Positions 24,105-35,607 of a stretch of DNA of 64,000 nt are shown here, piece after piece; position 1 is the stretch's first letter; each line of letters starts with the position of its first letter. The stretch is from NCBI GenBank assembly GCA_963718235.1, contig CAVQYR010000002.1, positions 704,001 through 768,000 on the forward strand, read 5' to 3'. The notes below the pieces were generated by a model. The model was not told where the DNA came from, did not search any database, and saw only the letters and a program-made list of their open reading frames with translations. This DNA is from an uncultured Actinomycetota bacterium. Its GTDB lineage: Bacteria; Actinomycetota; Actinomycetes; JAHEKZ01. The position numbers and the translations under genes were made by a program.

Positions 24105-25642
24105 CCGACCACCCGCTCACGACCGGCCCAATGACCGGCCCAATGACCAGCCTGGTCCCTTTCGACGACGCCGTAGGTCGGTACGACCCGGTCCTCGGGC
24201 TCGAGGTCCACGTGGAGCTCGACACCGACTCCAAGATGTTCTGCGGCTGTCCCACGACGTTCGGGGCGGAGCCCAACACCCAGGTGTGCCCGGTCTGTCT
24301 CGGGCTCCCCGGGTCGCTGCCCGTGGTCAACCAGAAGGCGGTGGAGTCGGCCATCCGGATCGGGCTGGCCCTGAACTGCTCGATCGCCTCGTGGTGCCGG
24401 TTCGCGCGCAAGAACTACTTCTACCCGGACATGCCCAAAGACTTCCAGACCTCTCAGTACGACGAGCCGATCGCCTTCGGGGGATGGCTCGACGTGGAGG
24501 TCGAGGCCGACGGACCGCAGGTGTTCCGGATCGAGATCGAGCGGGCCCACATGGAGGAGGACACGGGCAAGAGCACCCACGTCGGCGGGTCGACCGGGCG
24601 CATCCACGGCGCCGAGTACTCACTGGTCGACTACAACCGGGCGGGCGTGCCGTTGATCGAGATCGTCACGAAGACGATCGAGGTGCCGGGACACCTCGCC
24701 CCCGCCGTTGCACGGGCCTACGCGTCGGAGCTGCGTGACCTGATCGTCGCGCTGGGGGTCAGCGACGCACACATGCACCAAGGGTCCATGCGTGTCGACG
24801 CCAACATCTCGTTGAAGCCGCGCGGGTCTGACCAGCTGGGCACCCGCACCGAGACCAAGAACGTCAACTCGCTGCGCTCGGTCGAGCGGGCGATCACGTA
24901 CGAGATACAGCGGCAGGCCGCCGTCCTGGACGCAGGTGGGCGGGTCGTGCAGGAGACCCGCCACTTCATGGAGGCTGACGGGTCGACCACCTCCGGACGC
25001 ACCAAGGAGGAGGCCGAGGACTACCGCTACTTCCCCGAGCCGGACCTGGCGCCCGTGGCGCCGGATGACGACTGGGTCGAACAGCTGCGGGCCACCCTGC
25101 CCGAGCCCCCGCTGCAGCGGCGGCGGCGGTTGCAGGCGCAGTGGGGTGTCGGTGACCACGAGATGGTCTCGATCGTCAACGCGGGTGCCGTGGAGCTCAT
25201 CGAGGCCACCATCGAGGCGGGCGCCGACCAGGCGGCGGCCCGCAAGTGGTGGCTCGGGGAGATCGCCCGTCATGCCAACGCCCGCGGCGTCGACCTGGCG
25301 GAGGTCGCGGTCACCCCCGTCGAGGTGGCCCGGGTCTGTTCGCTGGTGGCCGAGGGCACCTTGAACGACAAGCTCGCCCGGCAGGTGCTCGAGGCCGTGC
25401 TCGCGGGCGAGGGCTCGCCGGATGCCGTCGTGGCCGCTCGCGACCTGCGGGTCGTCTCCGACGACGCGGCGCTGGTCGCCGCTGTCGACGAGGCCCTGGC
25501 GGCCCACCCGGACATCGTCGAGAAGATCCGAGGCGGCAAGACCCAGGCCGCAGGGGCGATCGTCGGCGCGGTGATGAAGGCGACCCGCGGTCAGGCCGAC
25601 GCGGCCAGGGTGCGCGAGCTGGTGCTCGAGCGGGCCGGCTGA
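24101..25642 (+). CDS. gatB: Asp/Glu-tRNA amidotransferase subunit B
   Basis: [38 protein letters not shown]; start could be 24131 or 24143. Confidence 0.97.
   Translation: MTDHPLTTGPMTGPMTSLVPFDDAVGRYDPVLGLEVHVELDTDSKMFCGCPTTFGAEPNTQVCPVCLGLPGSLPVVNQKAVESAIRIGLALNCSIASWCRFARKNYFYPDMPKDFQTSQYDEPIAFGGWLDVEVEADGPQVFRIEIERAHMEEDTGKSTHVGGSTGRIHGAEYSLVDYNRAGVPLIEIVTKTIEVPGHLAPAVARAYASELRDLIVALGVSDAHMHQGSMRVDANISLKPRGSDQLGTRTETKNVNSLRSVERAITYEIQRQAAVLDAGGRVVQETRHFMEADGSTTSGRTKEEAEDYRYFPEPDLAPVAPDDDWVEQLRATLPEPPLQRRRRLQAQWGVGDHEMVSIVNAGAVELIEATIEAGADQAAARKWWLGEIARHANARGVDLAEVAVTPVEVARVCSLVAEGTLNDKLARQVLEAVLAGEGSPDAVVAARDLRVVSDDAALVAAVDEALAAHPDIVEKIRGGKTQAAGAIVGAVMKATRGQADAARVRELVLERAG
24121..24152 (+). 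repeat. 12-bp tandem repeat GACCGGCCCAAT (x2 plus partial) at the gatB 5' end
   Basis: gaccggcccaat gaccggcccaat gaccagcc; encodes TGPM-TGPM. Confidence 0.75.
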
Positions 25643-25876
25643 CGGTCATCCTCGGCCGACTGGAGGTCCCACGGGGAGGTCCGGGGAACACCTGAGCAGC
25701 CCGACGGGGACGGTCTCGCGGGCCCAGCCCCTTGCGGGGCGGTCCCGGGACGAGCGCCGTCCCCGCCGTTCGTCCGCCCTACCGGACGTCTGGCGATCCC
25801 GTGCGCGTCGGGATCAGGTCTGCCAGAAGTCATGCTGGTCGCTCCTACCGGGGGATCCAAGGGCCGAAAGTCACCG
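25643..25876 (-). ncRNA. Candidate ~234-nt structured RNA (long rod plus side hairpin), family unknown
   Basis: Nested end-to-end complementarity across the whole intergenic region; mismatches become G-U pairs and apical loop is GCAA on the minus strand. Confidence 0.55.
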
Positions 25877-25890
25877 CTACCGTGGCCGTC

Positions 25891-26811
25891 GTGGCTGCCG
25901 GTGACCGTCTGGTCTGCGTCCCCTTCGACGACTGGGCCGACCACGTCGACCCCCCAGAAGGCCTCGAGCTCGTCGTCTGGCGGCCGGGGCGGCCATGGCC
26001 CGACCGCGTGGCCGAGGTCACGTTCTACGTCCCCGAGTACATGGGCCCGACCGAGGCGTTGACCGCCCTGCGCGAGCTGCCGGGGCTGCAGGTGGTCCAG
26101 ACCCTCACGGCCGGGTACGACGACGTGCTGGCCCACTGCCCGGCGGGCGTCGTGGTCTGCAACGCGGCCGGTGTGCACGACGCCAGCACTGCCGAGCTCG
26201 TGGTGGGCCTGATCCTCGCGTCGTTGCGCGGTTTCGCCGGCTTCGCCGAGGGACAGCGTCTGGGGGAGTGGCGGCACGTGACGCGTCCGGCACTTGCCGA
26301 CCGACGAGTGGTGATCGTGGGTGCCGGGTCGGTGGGCCGGGCCGTGGCCGGTCGGCTGGCCGCCTTCGAGGTGGAGCTGACCCTGGTCGGCCGCCGGGCC
26401 CGGGCCGGGGTCGTCGGGGTCGACCGGCTCCCGGAGCTGCTGTCTGTGGCCGACGTCGTGGTGCTGACCGTTCCCCTCACCGACGAGACCCACCGGATGT
26501 TCGACGCTGCCGCCCTGGCCCGGCTGCCCGACGGCGCGCTGCTGGTCAACGCGTCCCGTGGTCCGGTCGTGGACACCGACGCACTGCTGGTCGAGCTGAA
26601 CCGCGGTCGGCTGGCGGCTGCCCTCGACGTCACCGACCCGGAGCCCTTGCCACTGGGGCATCCCCTGTGGTCGGCTCCCGGGGTGGTGATCACGCCCCAT
26701 GTCGGTGGGGACACCTCGGCCTTCCTGCCCCGCGCATGGGCCCTCCTGCGGGACCAGCTGACCCGCTACGCGGCAGGGACGCCTTTGCGCAACGTCGTGT
26801 CGGGAGGATGA
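25891..26811 (+). CDS. D-isomer-specific 2-hydroxyacid dehydrogenase
   Basis: GAGSVG, VNASRG, ALDVTDPEP, TPHVGG; leaderless (TACCGT 25878). Confidence 0.9.
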   Translation: MAAGDRLVCVPFDDWADHVDPPEGLELVVWRPGRPWPDRVAEVTFYVPEYMGPTEALTALRELPGLQVVQTLTAGYDDVLAHCPAGVVVCNAAGVHDASTAELVVGLILASLRGFAGFAEGQRLGEWRHVTRPALADRRVVIVGAGSVGRAVAGRLAAFEVELTLVGRRARAGVVGVDRLPELLSVADVVVLTVPLTDETHRMFDAAALARLPDGALLVNASRGPVVDTDALLVELNRGRLAAALDVTDPEPLPLGHPLWSAPGVVITPHVGGDTSAFLPRAWALLRDQLTRYAAGTPLRNVVSGG

Positions 26812-27890
26812 CGATGGACCACGACCGCTTCTCGACCGTGCTCGCGATCGGGACCACCAAGGGCCTGTTCCTGGCCCACCAGGAGGGCGACCGGTGGCGC
26901 CTGGACGAACCACGGTTCCCGATGACCCGGGTGGCCGCCATCTCGTTCGACGTGCGACGCGACCCGACGCGTCTGCTCGTCGGGGGCATGCACGAGCACT
27001 GGGGTCCGGTCGTGGCCCGGTCCGACGACCTCGGGGCGACCTGGACCGAGGAGGAGCAGGCGGCGCTGCGCTTCCCGAGCGGGGCCGGCGCGGCAGTCGC
27101 CCAGATCTGGCAGCTGGCTCCTGGCCCTGCGGACCGCCCGGAGGAGGTGTGGGCCGGGGTGGAGCCGGCGGCGCTCTTCCGGTCCGACGACGGAGGCATC
27201 ACCTTCACGCTGGTCGAGGGACTGTGGCAGCACCCGCACCGCGAGTCCTGGCACCCGGGGTTCGGGGGGCTGTGCCTGCACACCGTGCTGCCGCACCCGG
27301 AGGATGCCGACGACATCCTCGTCGGCATCTCGACCGGCGGGGTCTACCGCACCAGGGACGGCGGCACGACCTGGGCGCCGTCCAACCAGGGCATCGAGGC
27401 CCGGTTCTTCCCCGACCCGTACCCGGAGTTCGGGCAGTGCGTGCACAAGCTGGTCCGGCTCCCCGACGACCCGTCGACCCTGGTGCTGCAGAACCACGGC
27501 GGCGTCTTCGGCAGCAGCGACGCGGGCGCGACCTGGGAGCCCCGGGCGGTCGGCCTCCCCGCCGACTTCGGGTTCGGCCTGGCCGCGTCGTCCACGGCCA
27601 CGTACCTGTTCCCCCTGGTCGCCGACGGCATGCGACTGCCCCCCGACGGGCAGGCCCGGGTCTTCGCGAGCACCGACGCCGGTCGCACCTGGCACTCACG
27701 GTCGTCGGGGCTGCCCGAGCGGGACTTCTACTCCCTGGTCCTTCGCGACGCACTGGCGACCGACGGCCGCGACGGCGTGTTCTTCGGCACCCGCTCCGGA
27801 GAGGTGTGGGCCAGTCTGGACGGTGGCCAGCAGTGGGACCAGGTCGCGGCCCACCTGCCCGACGTGCTGTGCGTCCGCGCGACACGATGA
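26808..27890 (+). CDS. BNR/Asp-box beta-propeller protein
   Basis: IGTTKGLF start and repeated S-x-D-x-G-x-T-W Asp boxes; no signal peptide. Confidence 0.85.
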   Translation: MTMDHDRFSTVLAIGTTKGLFLAHQEGDRWRLDEPRFPMTRVAAISFDVRRDPTRLLVGGMHEHWGPVVARSDDLGATWTEEEQAALRFPSGAGAAVAQIWQLAPGPADRPEEVWAGVEPAALFRSDDGGITFTLVEGLWQHPHRESWHPGFGGLCLHTVLPHPEDADDILVGISTGGVYRTRDGGTTWAPSNQGIEARFFPDPYPEFGQCVHKLVRLPDDPSTLVLQNHGGVFGSSDAGATWEPRAVGLPADFGFGLAASSTATYLFPLVADGMRLPPDGQARVFASTDAGRTWHSRSSGLPERDFYSLVLRDALATDGRDGVFFGTRSGEVWASLDGGQQWDQVAAHLPDVLCVRATR

Positions 27891-28216
27891 GTGACGAGGC
27901 TCGCTCGCCGGCGGGTGAGGCGACCCCGGCGCACCCGGTGGTCACTCTCGAGCTTCCGAGCCTGCTGGCGGCGCTGGCCGGCTCGTCGCGCGTGCAGGTC
28001 GCGATCGCGTCATCGGCCACGGTTGGTGACGTGCTCGACAGGCTGGCCCTGGAGCTCCCATGGGTCGAGCGTCGGTTGCGCGACGAGAGCGGCAGCCTGC
28101 GCGCCTACGTCAACGTCTATGTCGATGGTGCGGATGCACGCACCGAAGGAGGACTGGAGGCGCCAGTGGCGCCGGGCAGCCGACTGCTCGTCGTGCCGTC
28201 CGTGGCCGGAGGTTGA
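27887..28216 (+). CDS. MoaD/ThiS-family ubiquitin-like protein
   Basis: TVGDVLDRL, YVNVYVDG, C-terminal PSVAGG; ATGA overlap with upstream gene. Confidence 0.88.
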   Translation: MSDEARSPAGEATPAHPVVTLELPSLLAALAGSSRVQVAIASSATVGDVLDRLALELPWVERRLRDESGSLRAYVNVYVDGADARTEGGLEAPVAPGSRLLVVPSVAGG

Positions 28217-28282
28217 GGGCATGATGGCCACCACAGCCGGTGCCGGCCAGTGCTCTCTGTGGCTGGCCAGGGAGGCCTCGAC

Positions 28283-29482
28283 GTGACGACGAACGCCCGC
28301 GGACGCACTGTGTACCTTCACATCGGGGCCCCGAAGTCTGGGTCGACGTTCATCCAGGGTGTGCTCTGGGCCAACCGGGAGGCGCTGCAGTCCGTCGGGG
28401 TCGGGCTTCCAGGTGTGGGCGCCTTCGAGCACTACCGCGCGAGCAAGGACCTGCGGGGAGTTCCGTTCCACGAGGACGAGCCAGGGGGAGAAGGTACGGG
28501 CACCTGGGACACCCTGGCACGGAAGGTGGCTCAGCGGGGAGAGCAGGTGGTCGTGCTCTCGGACGAGCAGCTGGCCGCCGTGACGAGCGGTGACGTCGAG
28601 CGCGTGGTCTCCTCCTTGGCCCCACGCGACGTGCACGTGGTCTACGTCGTTCGTGAACTGAGCACCCTGCTCCCCTCGGCGTGGCAGGAGGTCGTCAAGC
28701 ACCGTGGTCGCCGGCCCTACGAACAGTGGGCCAAGGGCGTGCTGAGGCGACCGGACCACCCGTTCTGGCGCCTGCACTACGTGCCGGAGGTGCTCGAGCG
28801 GTGGGGCAGCGTGGTCCCCTCGACGCAGATCCACGTCGTCACGATGCCTCCGCCGACGTCCGGTCCAGACGAGCTGTGGCGCCGCTTCGCCTCGGTCCTC
28901 GGTGTCGATCCCTCGGTGGCCACCGAGCGGGAGGTGGCGGGCAATCCCTCGCTCGGGCCGGCCGAGACCGAGGTGCTGCGCCAGCTGAACGAGCAGCTGC
29001 CGCCGGCGTTCGACCGTTGGCACTACACGACGCTGGCTCGCGACCTGGTCGTCTCGCAGATCTTCGCCGGGTCTGGGTCAGGAGCAGCTGCCGCCCCCGC
29101 AGTGTCGACCCGGCTGGCCGCTCTGGTCGTGGAGAAGGCTCGAGACATCGCGGCCGGGATCGACCAGTCCGGGTGCGAGGTCGTGGGAGCGCTCAGTGAC
29201 CTCGAGCCGGCCACGGTCCCCGGGTCCACCTCCAGGCCGGCAGATGCCGAGCTGCTCGCCGTCGCCGTTCGGGGTATGGCCGGCCTGCTCACCGAGCTGG
29301 CACGTCGGCAGGACGAGTCGCGGCGCTCGAAGTCGACCCGGCTGCTCGAAGCTGCGGTGCGGCAGAAGTCCTTCGGTCGGCTCGTCGCGGCAGCAGAAGG
29401 CCGTTCGGCACGGTTGGACGACATGCTCGCCGATCGGGCGGGCCGGACCCGCGCGAGGTTGCGTAAGCCGCCTCAGCCCTAG
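28283..29482 (+). CDS. Sulfotransferase-like P-loop protein
   Basis: YLHIGAPKSGST 5'-PSB-like loop, LSDEQL, LPSAWQE, NPSLG. Confidence 0.7.
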   Translation: MTTNARGRTVYLHIGAPKSGSTFIQGVLWANREALQSVGVGLPGVGAFEHYRASKDLRGVPFHEDEPGGEGTGTWDTLARKVAQRGEQVVVLSDEQLAAVTSGDVERVVSSLAPRDVHVVYVVRELSTLLPSAWQEVVKHRGRRPYEQWAKGVLRRPDHPFWRLHYVPEVLERWGSVVPSTQIHVVTMPPPTSGPDELWRRFASVLGVDPSVATEREVAGNPSLGPAETEVLRQLNEQLPPAFDRWHYTTLARDLVVSQIFAGSGSGAAAAPAVSTRLAALVVEKARDIAAGIDQSGCEVVGALSDLEPATVPGSTSRPADAELLAVAVRGMAGLLTELARRQDESRRSKSTRLLEAAVRQKSFGRLVAAAEGRSARLDDMLADRAGRTRARLRKPPQP

Positions 29483-29504
29483 GGACGGCATCTAGGCTCG
29501 GCCC

Positions 29505-30212
29505 GTGTCGTCCCCACCCTCCCCACAGGCGGGCTTCATCCGGACCTTCCACCCACGGCGCGGGCGGGTCACGCCCCACCAGGCCTGGGGCCTGCGCGAG
29601 CACGCCTCGCCGTGGCTGCTCGCCGCCGAGGGACCGACCCTCGACCTCGCCGCGCTGTTCGGCGTCGGTGTCCCCGTCGTGCTCGAGATCGGCTTCGGCA
29701 TGGGCGAGGCGACCCTCGCGATGACGGCTGAGCAGCCGGACCAGGGAGTGCTGGCCATCGACGTCCACACGCCGGGTGTCGGCCAGCTGCTGGCCGGGAT
29801 CGGCGAGTCGCGCCTCACCAACCTGCGCGTGATGCAGGCAGACGCGGTCGAGGTCGTGCGCGAGCGCCTGGCCCCCGGCAGCCTGTCCGGCGTCCGGATC
29901 TTCTTCCCCGACCCGTGGCCCAAGTCCAGGCACCACAAACGGCGCCTCGTCCAGCCGCCGTTCGTCTCGCTGCTGTGCTCTCGCCTCGCACCGGGCGCGT
30001 TCGTCCACTGCGCCACCGACTGGCCGCCGTACGCCGAGCAGATGCTCGAGGTGATGACGGCCGAGCCGCGGCTGCGCGCGGTGGTCGTCGACGCAGGATC
30101 CGACCCGGGACACCGGCCGTTGGGGCGCCCGGAGACCCGGTTCGAGCGACGGGGCCTGGCCCGCGGCCACCTGGTCTCCGACCTGGTCTTCACCCGTACG
30201 CTGGACGCATGA
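29505..30212 (+). CDS. trmB: tRNA (guanine-N7)-methyltransferase
   Basis: [34 protein letters not shown]; leaderless (TAGGCT 29493). Confidence 0.95.
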   Translation: MSSPPSPQAGFIRTFHPRRGRVTPHQAWGLREHASPWLLAAEGPTLDLAALFGVGVPVVLEIGFGMGEATLAMTAEQPDQGVLAIDVHTPGVGQLLAGIGESRLTNLRVMQADAVEVVRERLAPGSLSGVRIFFPDPWPKSRHHKRRLVQPPFVSLLCSRLAPGAFVHCATDWPPYAEQMLEVMTAEPRLRAVVVDAGSDPGHRPLGRPETRFERRGLARGHLVSDLVFTRTLDA

Positions 30213-31891
30213 GCGACGCCCCCGACATCAAGCCCCGCAGCCGCGACGTCACCGACGGCATGGAGCGTGCGCCGAACCGGGCAATGCTGCGTGCGGTCGG
30301 CATGACCGATGACGACTGGGGCAAGCCGCAGATCGGGATCGCGAGCAGCTGGAACGAGATCACGCCCTGCAACCTGTCCCTGAAGCGGTTGGCGATCAAG
30401 GCGAAGGAGGGTGTCTTCGAGGCCGGTGGGTTCCCCATGGAGTTCGGCACCATCTCGGTGTCCGACGGGATCTCGATGGGCCATGAGGGCATGCGCGCGT
30501 CGCTGGTGAGTCGTGAGGTGATCGCCGACTCCGTCGAGACGGTGATGCATGCCGAGCGGCTCGACGGGATGGTGACGTTCGCCGGGTGTGACAAGTCGCT
30601 GCCCGGCATGCTCATGGCCGCAGCCCGCCTCGACGTCGCCAGCGTGTTCGTCTACGCCGGCTCGATCCTGCCCGGTCGGGTCGGTGACAAGGACGTCACG
30701 ATCCAGGACGCGTTCGAGGGTGTGGGGGCCTGCGCGGCGGGTCGGATCACGCGTGGTCAGCTCGACGAGATCGAGCGCAACGCCTGCCCCGGAGAGGGAG
30801 CCTGCGGCGGGATGTTCACCGCCAACACCATGGCGAGCATCGGAGAGGCCCTGGGCATGTCCCTCCCCGGCTCGGCCGCACCGCCGGCCGTCGACAAGCG
30901 ACGCGACGAGCACGCCTTCCGGTCCGGACAGGCGGTCGTCGGGCTGCTGCGCCGCGGCATCACCACCCGCGACATCCTCACCCGGGAGGCGTTCGAGAAC
31001 GCCATCGCCGTGACCATGGCCCTGGGTGGGTCGACCAACGCCGTCCTCCACCTCTTGGCCATCGCGCACGAGGCGCGGGTGGGCCTGACCATCGACGACT
31101 TCAACCGGGTCGGCGCGCGCACCCCGCACCTGGCCGACGTGAAGCCGTTCGGTCGCTACGTGATGAACGACATCGACCGGGTCGGTGGTCTGCCGATGGT
31201 GATGAGCGAGCTGCTCGGGGCCGGGCTGCTGCACGGTGACGTGCTCACCGTCACCGGCCAGACGATGGCCGAGAACCTGAGCGCTCTTGGACCGCCACGC
31301 CCCGACGGGGTCGTGGTGCGACCGGTCGCCGACCCGATGCACGCCACCGGCGGACTCGCCGTCCTCAAGGGTTCGCTGGCGCCGGAGGGCGCGGTGATCA
31401 AGTCGGCCAGCATCGACCAGCCCGTGTTCGAGGGCACGGCGCGGGTCTTCGACGACGAGGTCGACGCCATGGCCGCCGTCACGTCGGGTGTCGTCAGGGC
31501 GGGCGACGTCGTGATCATCCGTTACGAAGGGCCGATGGGCGGGCCGGGCATGCGCGAGATGCTCGCCGTCACTGCGGCGATCAAGGGGGCAGGGCTCGGC
31601 CGCGACGTCATGCTCGTCACCGACGGCCGGTTCTCCGGGGCGACGGCCGGCTTCTGCATCGGCCACGTGGCACCCGAGGCGCCGCACGGCGGCCCGATCG
31701 CGTTCGTCGCCGACGGCGACCCGGTCCGGCTGGACATGGACCGGCTGACCCTCGACCTGCTCGTCGACGACGCCGAGCTGGCCCGTCGGCGCGACGGCTG
31801 GAAGCCCCGCGAGCCGCGCTACACCACCGGCGTGCTCGGCAAGTACGCCAAGCTCGTCGGCTCGGCCGCCCAGGGCGCCGTCCTCGACTGA
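30209..31891 (+). CDS. ilvD: Dihydroxy-acid dehydratase
   Basis: [39 protein letters not shown]. Confidence 0.96.
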   Translation: MSDAPDIKPRSRDVTDGMERAPNRAMLRAVGMTDDDWGKPQIGIASSWNEITPCNLSLKRLAIKAKEGVFEAGGFPMEFGTISVSDGISMGHEGMRASLVSREVIADSVETVMHAERLDGMVTFAGCDKSLPGMLMAAARLDVASVFVYAGSILPGRVGDKDVTIQDAFEGVGACAAGRITRGQLDEIERNACPGEGACGGMFTANTMASIGEALGMSLPGSAAPPAVDKRRDEHAFRSGQAVVGLLRRGITTRDILTREAFENAIAVTMALGGSTNAVLHLLAIAHEARVGLTIDDFNRVGARTPHLADVKPFGRYVMNDIDRVGGLPMVMSELLGAGLLHGDVLTVTGQTMAENLSALGPPRPDGVVVRPVADPMHATGGLAVLKGSLAPEGAVIKSASIDQPVFEGTARVFDDEVDAMAAVTSGVVRAGDVVIIRYEGPMGGPGMREMLAVTAAIKGAGLGRDVMLVTDGRFSGATAGFCIGHVAPEAPHGGPIAFVADGDPVRLDMDRLTLDLLVDDAELARRRDGWKPREPRYTTGVLGKYAKLVGSAAQGAVLD

Positions 31892-31989
31892 CCCCCCACC
31901 CTCAAGTTGATCATGGACATGATCTGCAGTTTCGACCGTCTGGGCCGACCGGATCTCCATGATCAACTTGGGGGGGCGATCGGTGGGGG
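31892..31989. repeat. REP-like palindromic element with 15-bp perfect inverted repeat
   Basis: CAAGTTGATCATGGA (31903-31917) / TCCATGATCAACTTG (31956-31970); outer CCCCCACC/GGTGGGGG. Confidence 0.8.
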
Positions 31990-32000
31990 AGCGACCACAC

Positions 32001-32017
32001 GTCTCGGATGGTGAGAC
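32001..32017. promoter_or_regulatory. Putative NdgR (IclR) operator upstream of ilvB
   Basis: GTCTC-GGATGGT-GAGAC, similar to the site between ndgR and leuC. Confidence 0.55.
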
Positions 32018-32032
32018 GGGTGTCTCGCCGGG

Positions 32033-32061
32033 TTGACCGTGGTCGGCCCCGGCCCCACCCT
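32033..32061 (+). promoter_or_regulatory. Sigma-70 promoter of the ilvB leader
   Basis: TTGACC-17 nt-CACCCT, 6 nt before the leader GTG. Confidence 0.6.
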
Positions 32062-32067
32062 GAAGGG

Positions 32068-32109
32068 GTGTTCCAGCGAATTCTCGTAGTTGTGAGGCGC
32101 GCGGCCTGA
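32068..32109 (+). CDS. ilvB attenuator leader peptide [13 protein letters not shown]
   Basis: Ile-Leu-Val-Val-Val control codons followed by antiterminator and terminator. Confidence 0.85.
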   Translation: MFQRILVVVRRAA

Positions 32110-32131
32110 AGCCACTCGTCCGCCGCGCGCT

Positions 32132-32165
32132 GCCCCTCACCCACCCCGGGACGGAGGGGCTTTTT
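32132..32165 (+). terminator. ilvB attenuator terminator
   Basis: GCCCCTC/GAGGGGC stem plus T5; leader GAGGCGCGCGGC can pair with GCCGCGCGCTGCCCCTC. Confidence 0.85.
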
Positions 32166-32209
32166 CGTGCCTCGCCCGGTACCGCTCGCCACGACCCGAA
32201 GGAAGCCCG

Positions 32210-33967
32210 ATGACCGACCCGATGACCGGAGCCCAGAGCCTGGTGAAGGCCCTGGAGGCCACGGGCACCGACACGATCTTCGGCATCCCCGGCGGGGCGA
32301 TCCTGCCGGCGTACGACCCGCTGTTCGACAGCACCCAGCTACGCCACATCCTGGTGCGCCACGAGCAGGGAGCCGGACACGCCGCTGAGGGCTATGCCGC
32401 GGCCACCGGCCGGGTCGGGGTGTGCATGGCCACGTCCGGACCCGGGGCCACGAACCTGGTCACCCCGATCGCCGACGCGTACATGGACTCGGTGCCGATC
32501 GTTGCCGTGACCGGCCAGGTGCCGCGCTCCTCGATCGGCACCGACGCCTTCCAGGAGGCGGACATCCGCGGCATCACGATGCCGATCACCAAGCACAACT
32601 ACCTCGTCACCGACCCGGACCTCATCCCGCAGACGATCGCGGAGGCCTTCCACATCGCGGCAAGCGGCCGCCCCGGGCCGGTGCTCGTCGACATCTCCAA
32701 GGACGCGCTCCAGGCCACGACGACGTTCTCGTGGCCGGAGTCCTTGGACCTTCCTGGCTACCGGCCGACAACCCGGCCGCACGCCAAGCAGGTCCGCGAG
32801 GCCGCCCGGCTGATCGTCGAGGCGCGGCGTCCGGTGCTGTACGTGGGGGGTGGGGTGATCCGGGCGGGGGCCACCGACCAGCTGCGCGCGCTGGCCGAGC
32901 TCACCGGGCTTCCCGTAGTCACCACGCTCATGGCGCGTGGGGCCTTCCCGGACTCCCACCCCCAGCACCTCGGGATGCCGGGCATGCACGGCACCGTGGC
33001 GGCGGTGGGTGCGCTGCAGCAGAGCGACCTGATCATCGGCCTCGGCGTTCGGTTCGACGACCGGGTCACCGGTCGGCTCGACTCGTTCGCCCCGAACGCC
33101 ACGGTCATCCACGCCGACATCGACCCGGCCGAGATCGGCAAGAACCGGCACGCAGACGTGCCGATCGTCGGGGATGCGCGCGAGACCATCGGTGACCTCG
33201 TCGCGGCGCTGCGTGCAGAGGCCGAGCTCGGGGCACGTCGGTGACTACGCGGGGTGGTGGGACGTCCTCAACCGGCTGCGCACCACGTACCCGCTCGGCT
33301 ACGACACCCCGGACGACGGATCGCTGGCGCCCCAGTACGTCATCTCCCGGATCGGCGCGCTGTCCGGACCGGAGGCGGTCGTGGCCGCCGGGGTCGGCCA
33401 GCACCAGATGTGGGCCGCCCAGTTCATCGACTACGAGCGACCCGGCACCTGGCTGAACTCAGGGGGCCTGGGCACCATGGGCTACGCAGTCCCTGCGGCG
33501 ATGGGCGCCAAGGTGGGGCGCCCCGAGGCGACCGTGTGGGCGATCGACGGTGACGGCTGCTTCCAGATGACCAACCAGGAGCTGGCGACCTGCACGCTCA
33601 ACGACATCCCGATCAAGGTCGCGGTGATCAACAACAGCAGCCTCGGGATGGTGCGCCAGTGGCAGACGCTGTTCTACGAGGGGCGGTACAGCAACACCGA
33701 CCTGCACACCTCGGCCGAGCACCTGCGCATCCCCGACTTCGCGAAGCTGGCCGAGGCGTACGGCTGCGTCGGGCTGCGGTGTGAGAAGGCTGACGACGTC
33801 GACGCGACGGTCGAGAAGGCGTTGTCGGTCGACGACCGTCCGGTGGTGATCGACTTCGTGGTGCACAAGGACGCCATGGTCTGGCCCATGGTGGCGGCAG
33901 GGACCGGCAACGACGAGATCAAGTACGCGCGGGACATGGCCCCCGACTGGGACAAGGACGAACTGTG

Positions 33968-33968
<1 letters not shown>
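32210..33968 (+). CDS. ilvB: Acetolactate synthase large subunit; frameshift at G4 run 33230-33233
   Basis: [24 protein letters not shown], then [17 protein letters not shown] in the second frame. Confidence 0.93.
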
Positions 33969-35597
<1,629 letters not shown>

Positions 35598-35607
35598 GAG
35601 CGAAACG

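Noticed and set aside
24121-24152. gatB 5' tandem repeat as a phase-variable switch
   Set aside because: The 12-bp unit is in frame and lies in a variable N-terminal extension; probably neutral slippage.
25643-25876. Assignment of the structured element to SRP RNA, RNase P, tmRNA or a simple terminator
   Set aside because: No SRP domain IV CAGG/GGAA/AGCA motif, no GAGGAAAGUCC, no tRNA-like ends, no U-tract, and far longer than a terminator.
22381-33244. Programmed frameshifting in gatC or ilvB
   Set aside because: No slippery heptamer or stimulator; short G runs typical of sequencing indels; several similar errors in the window.
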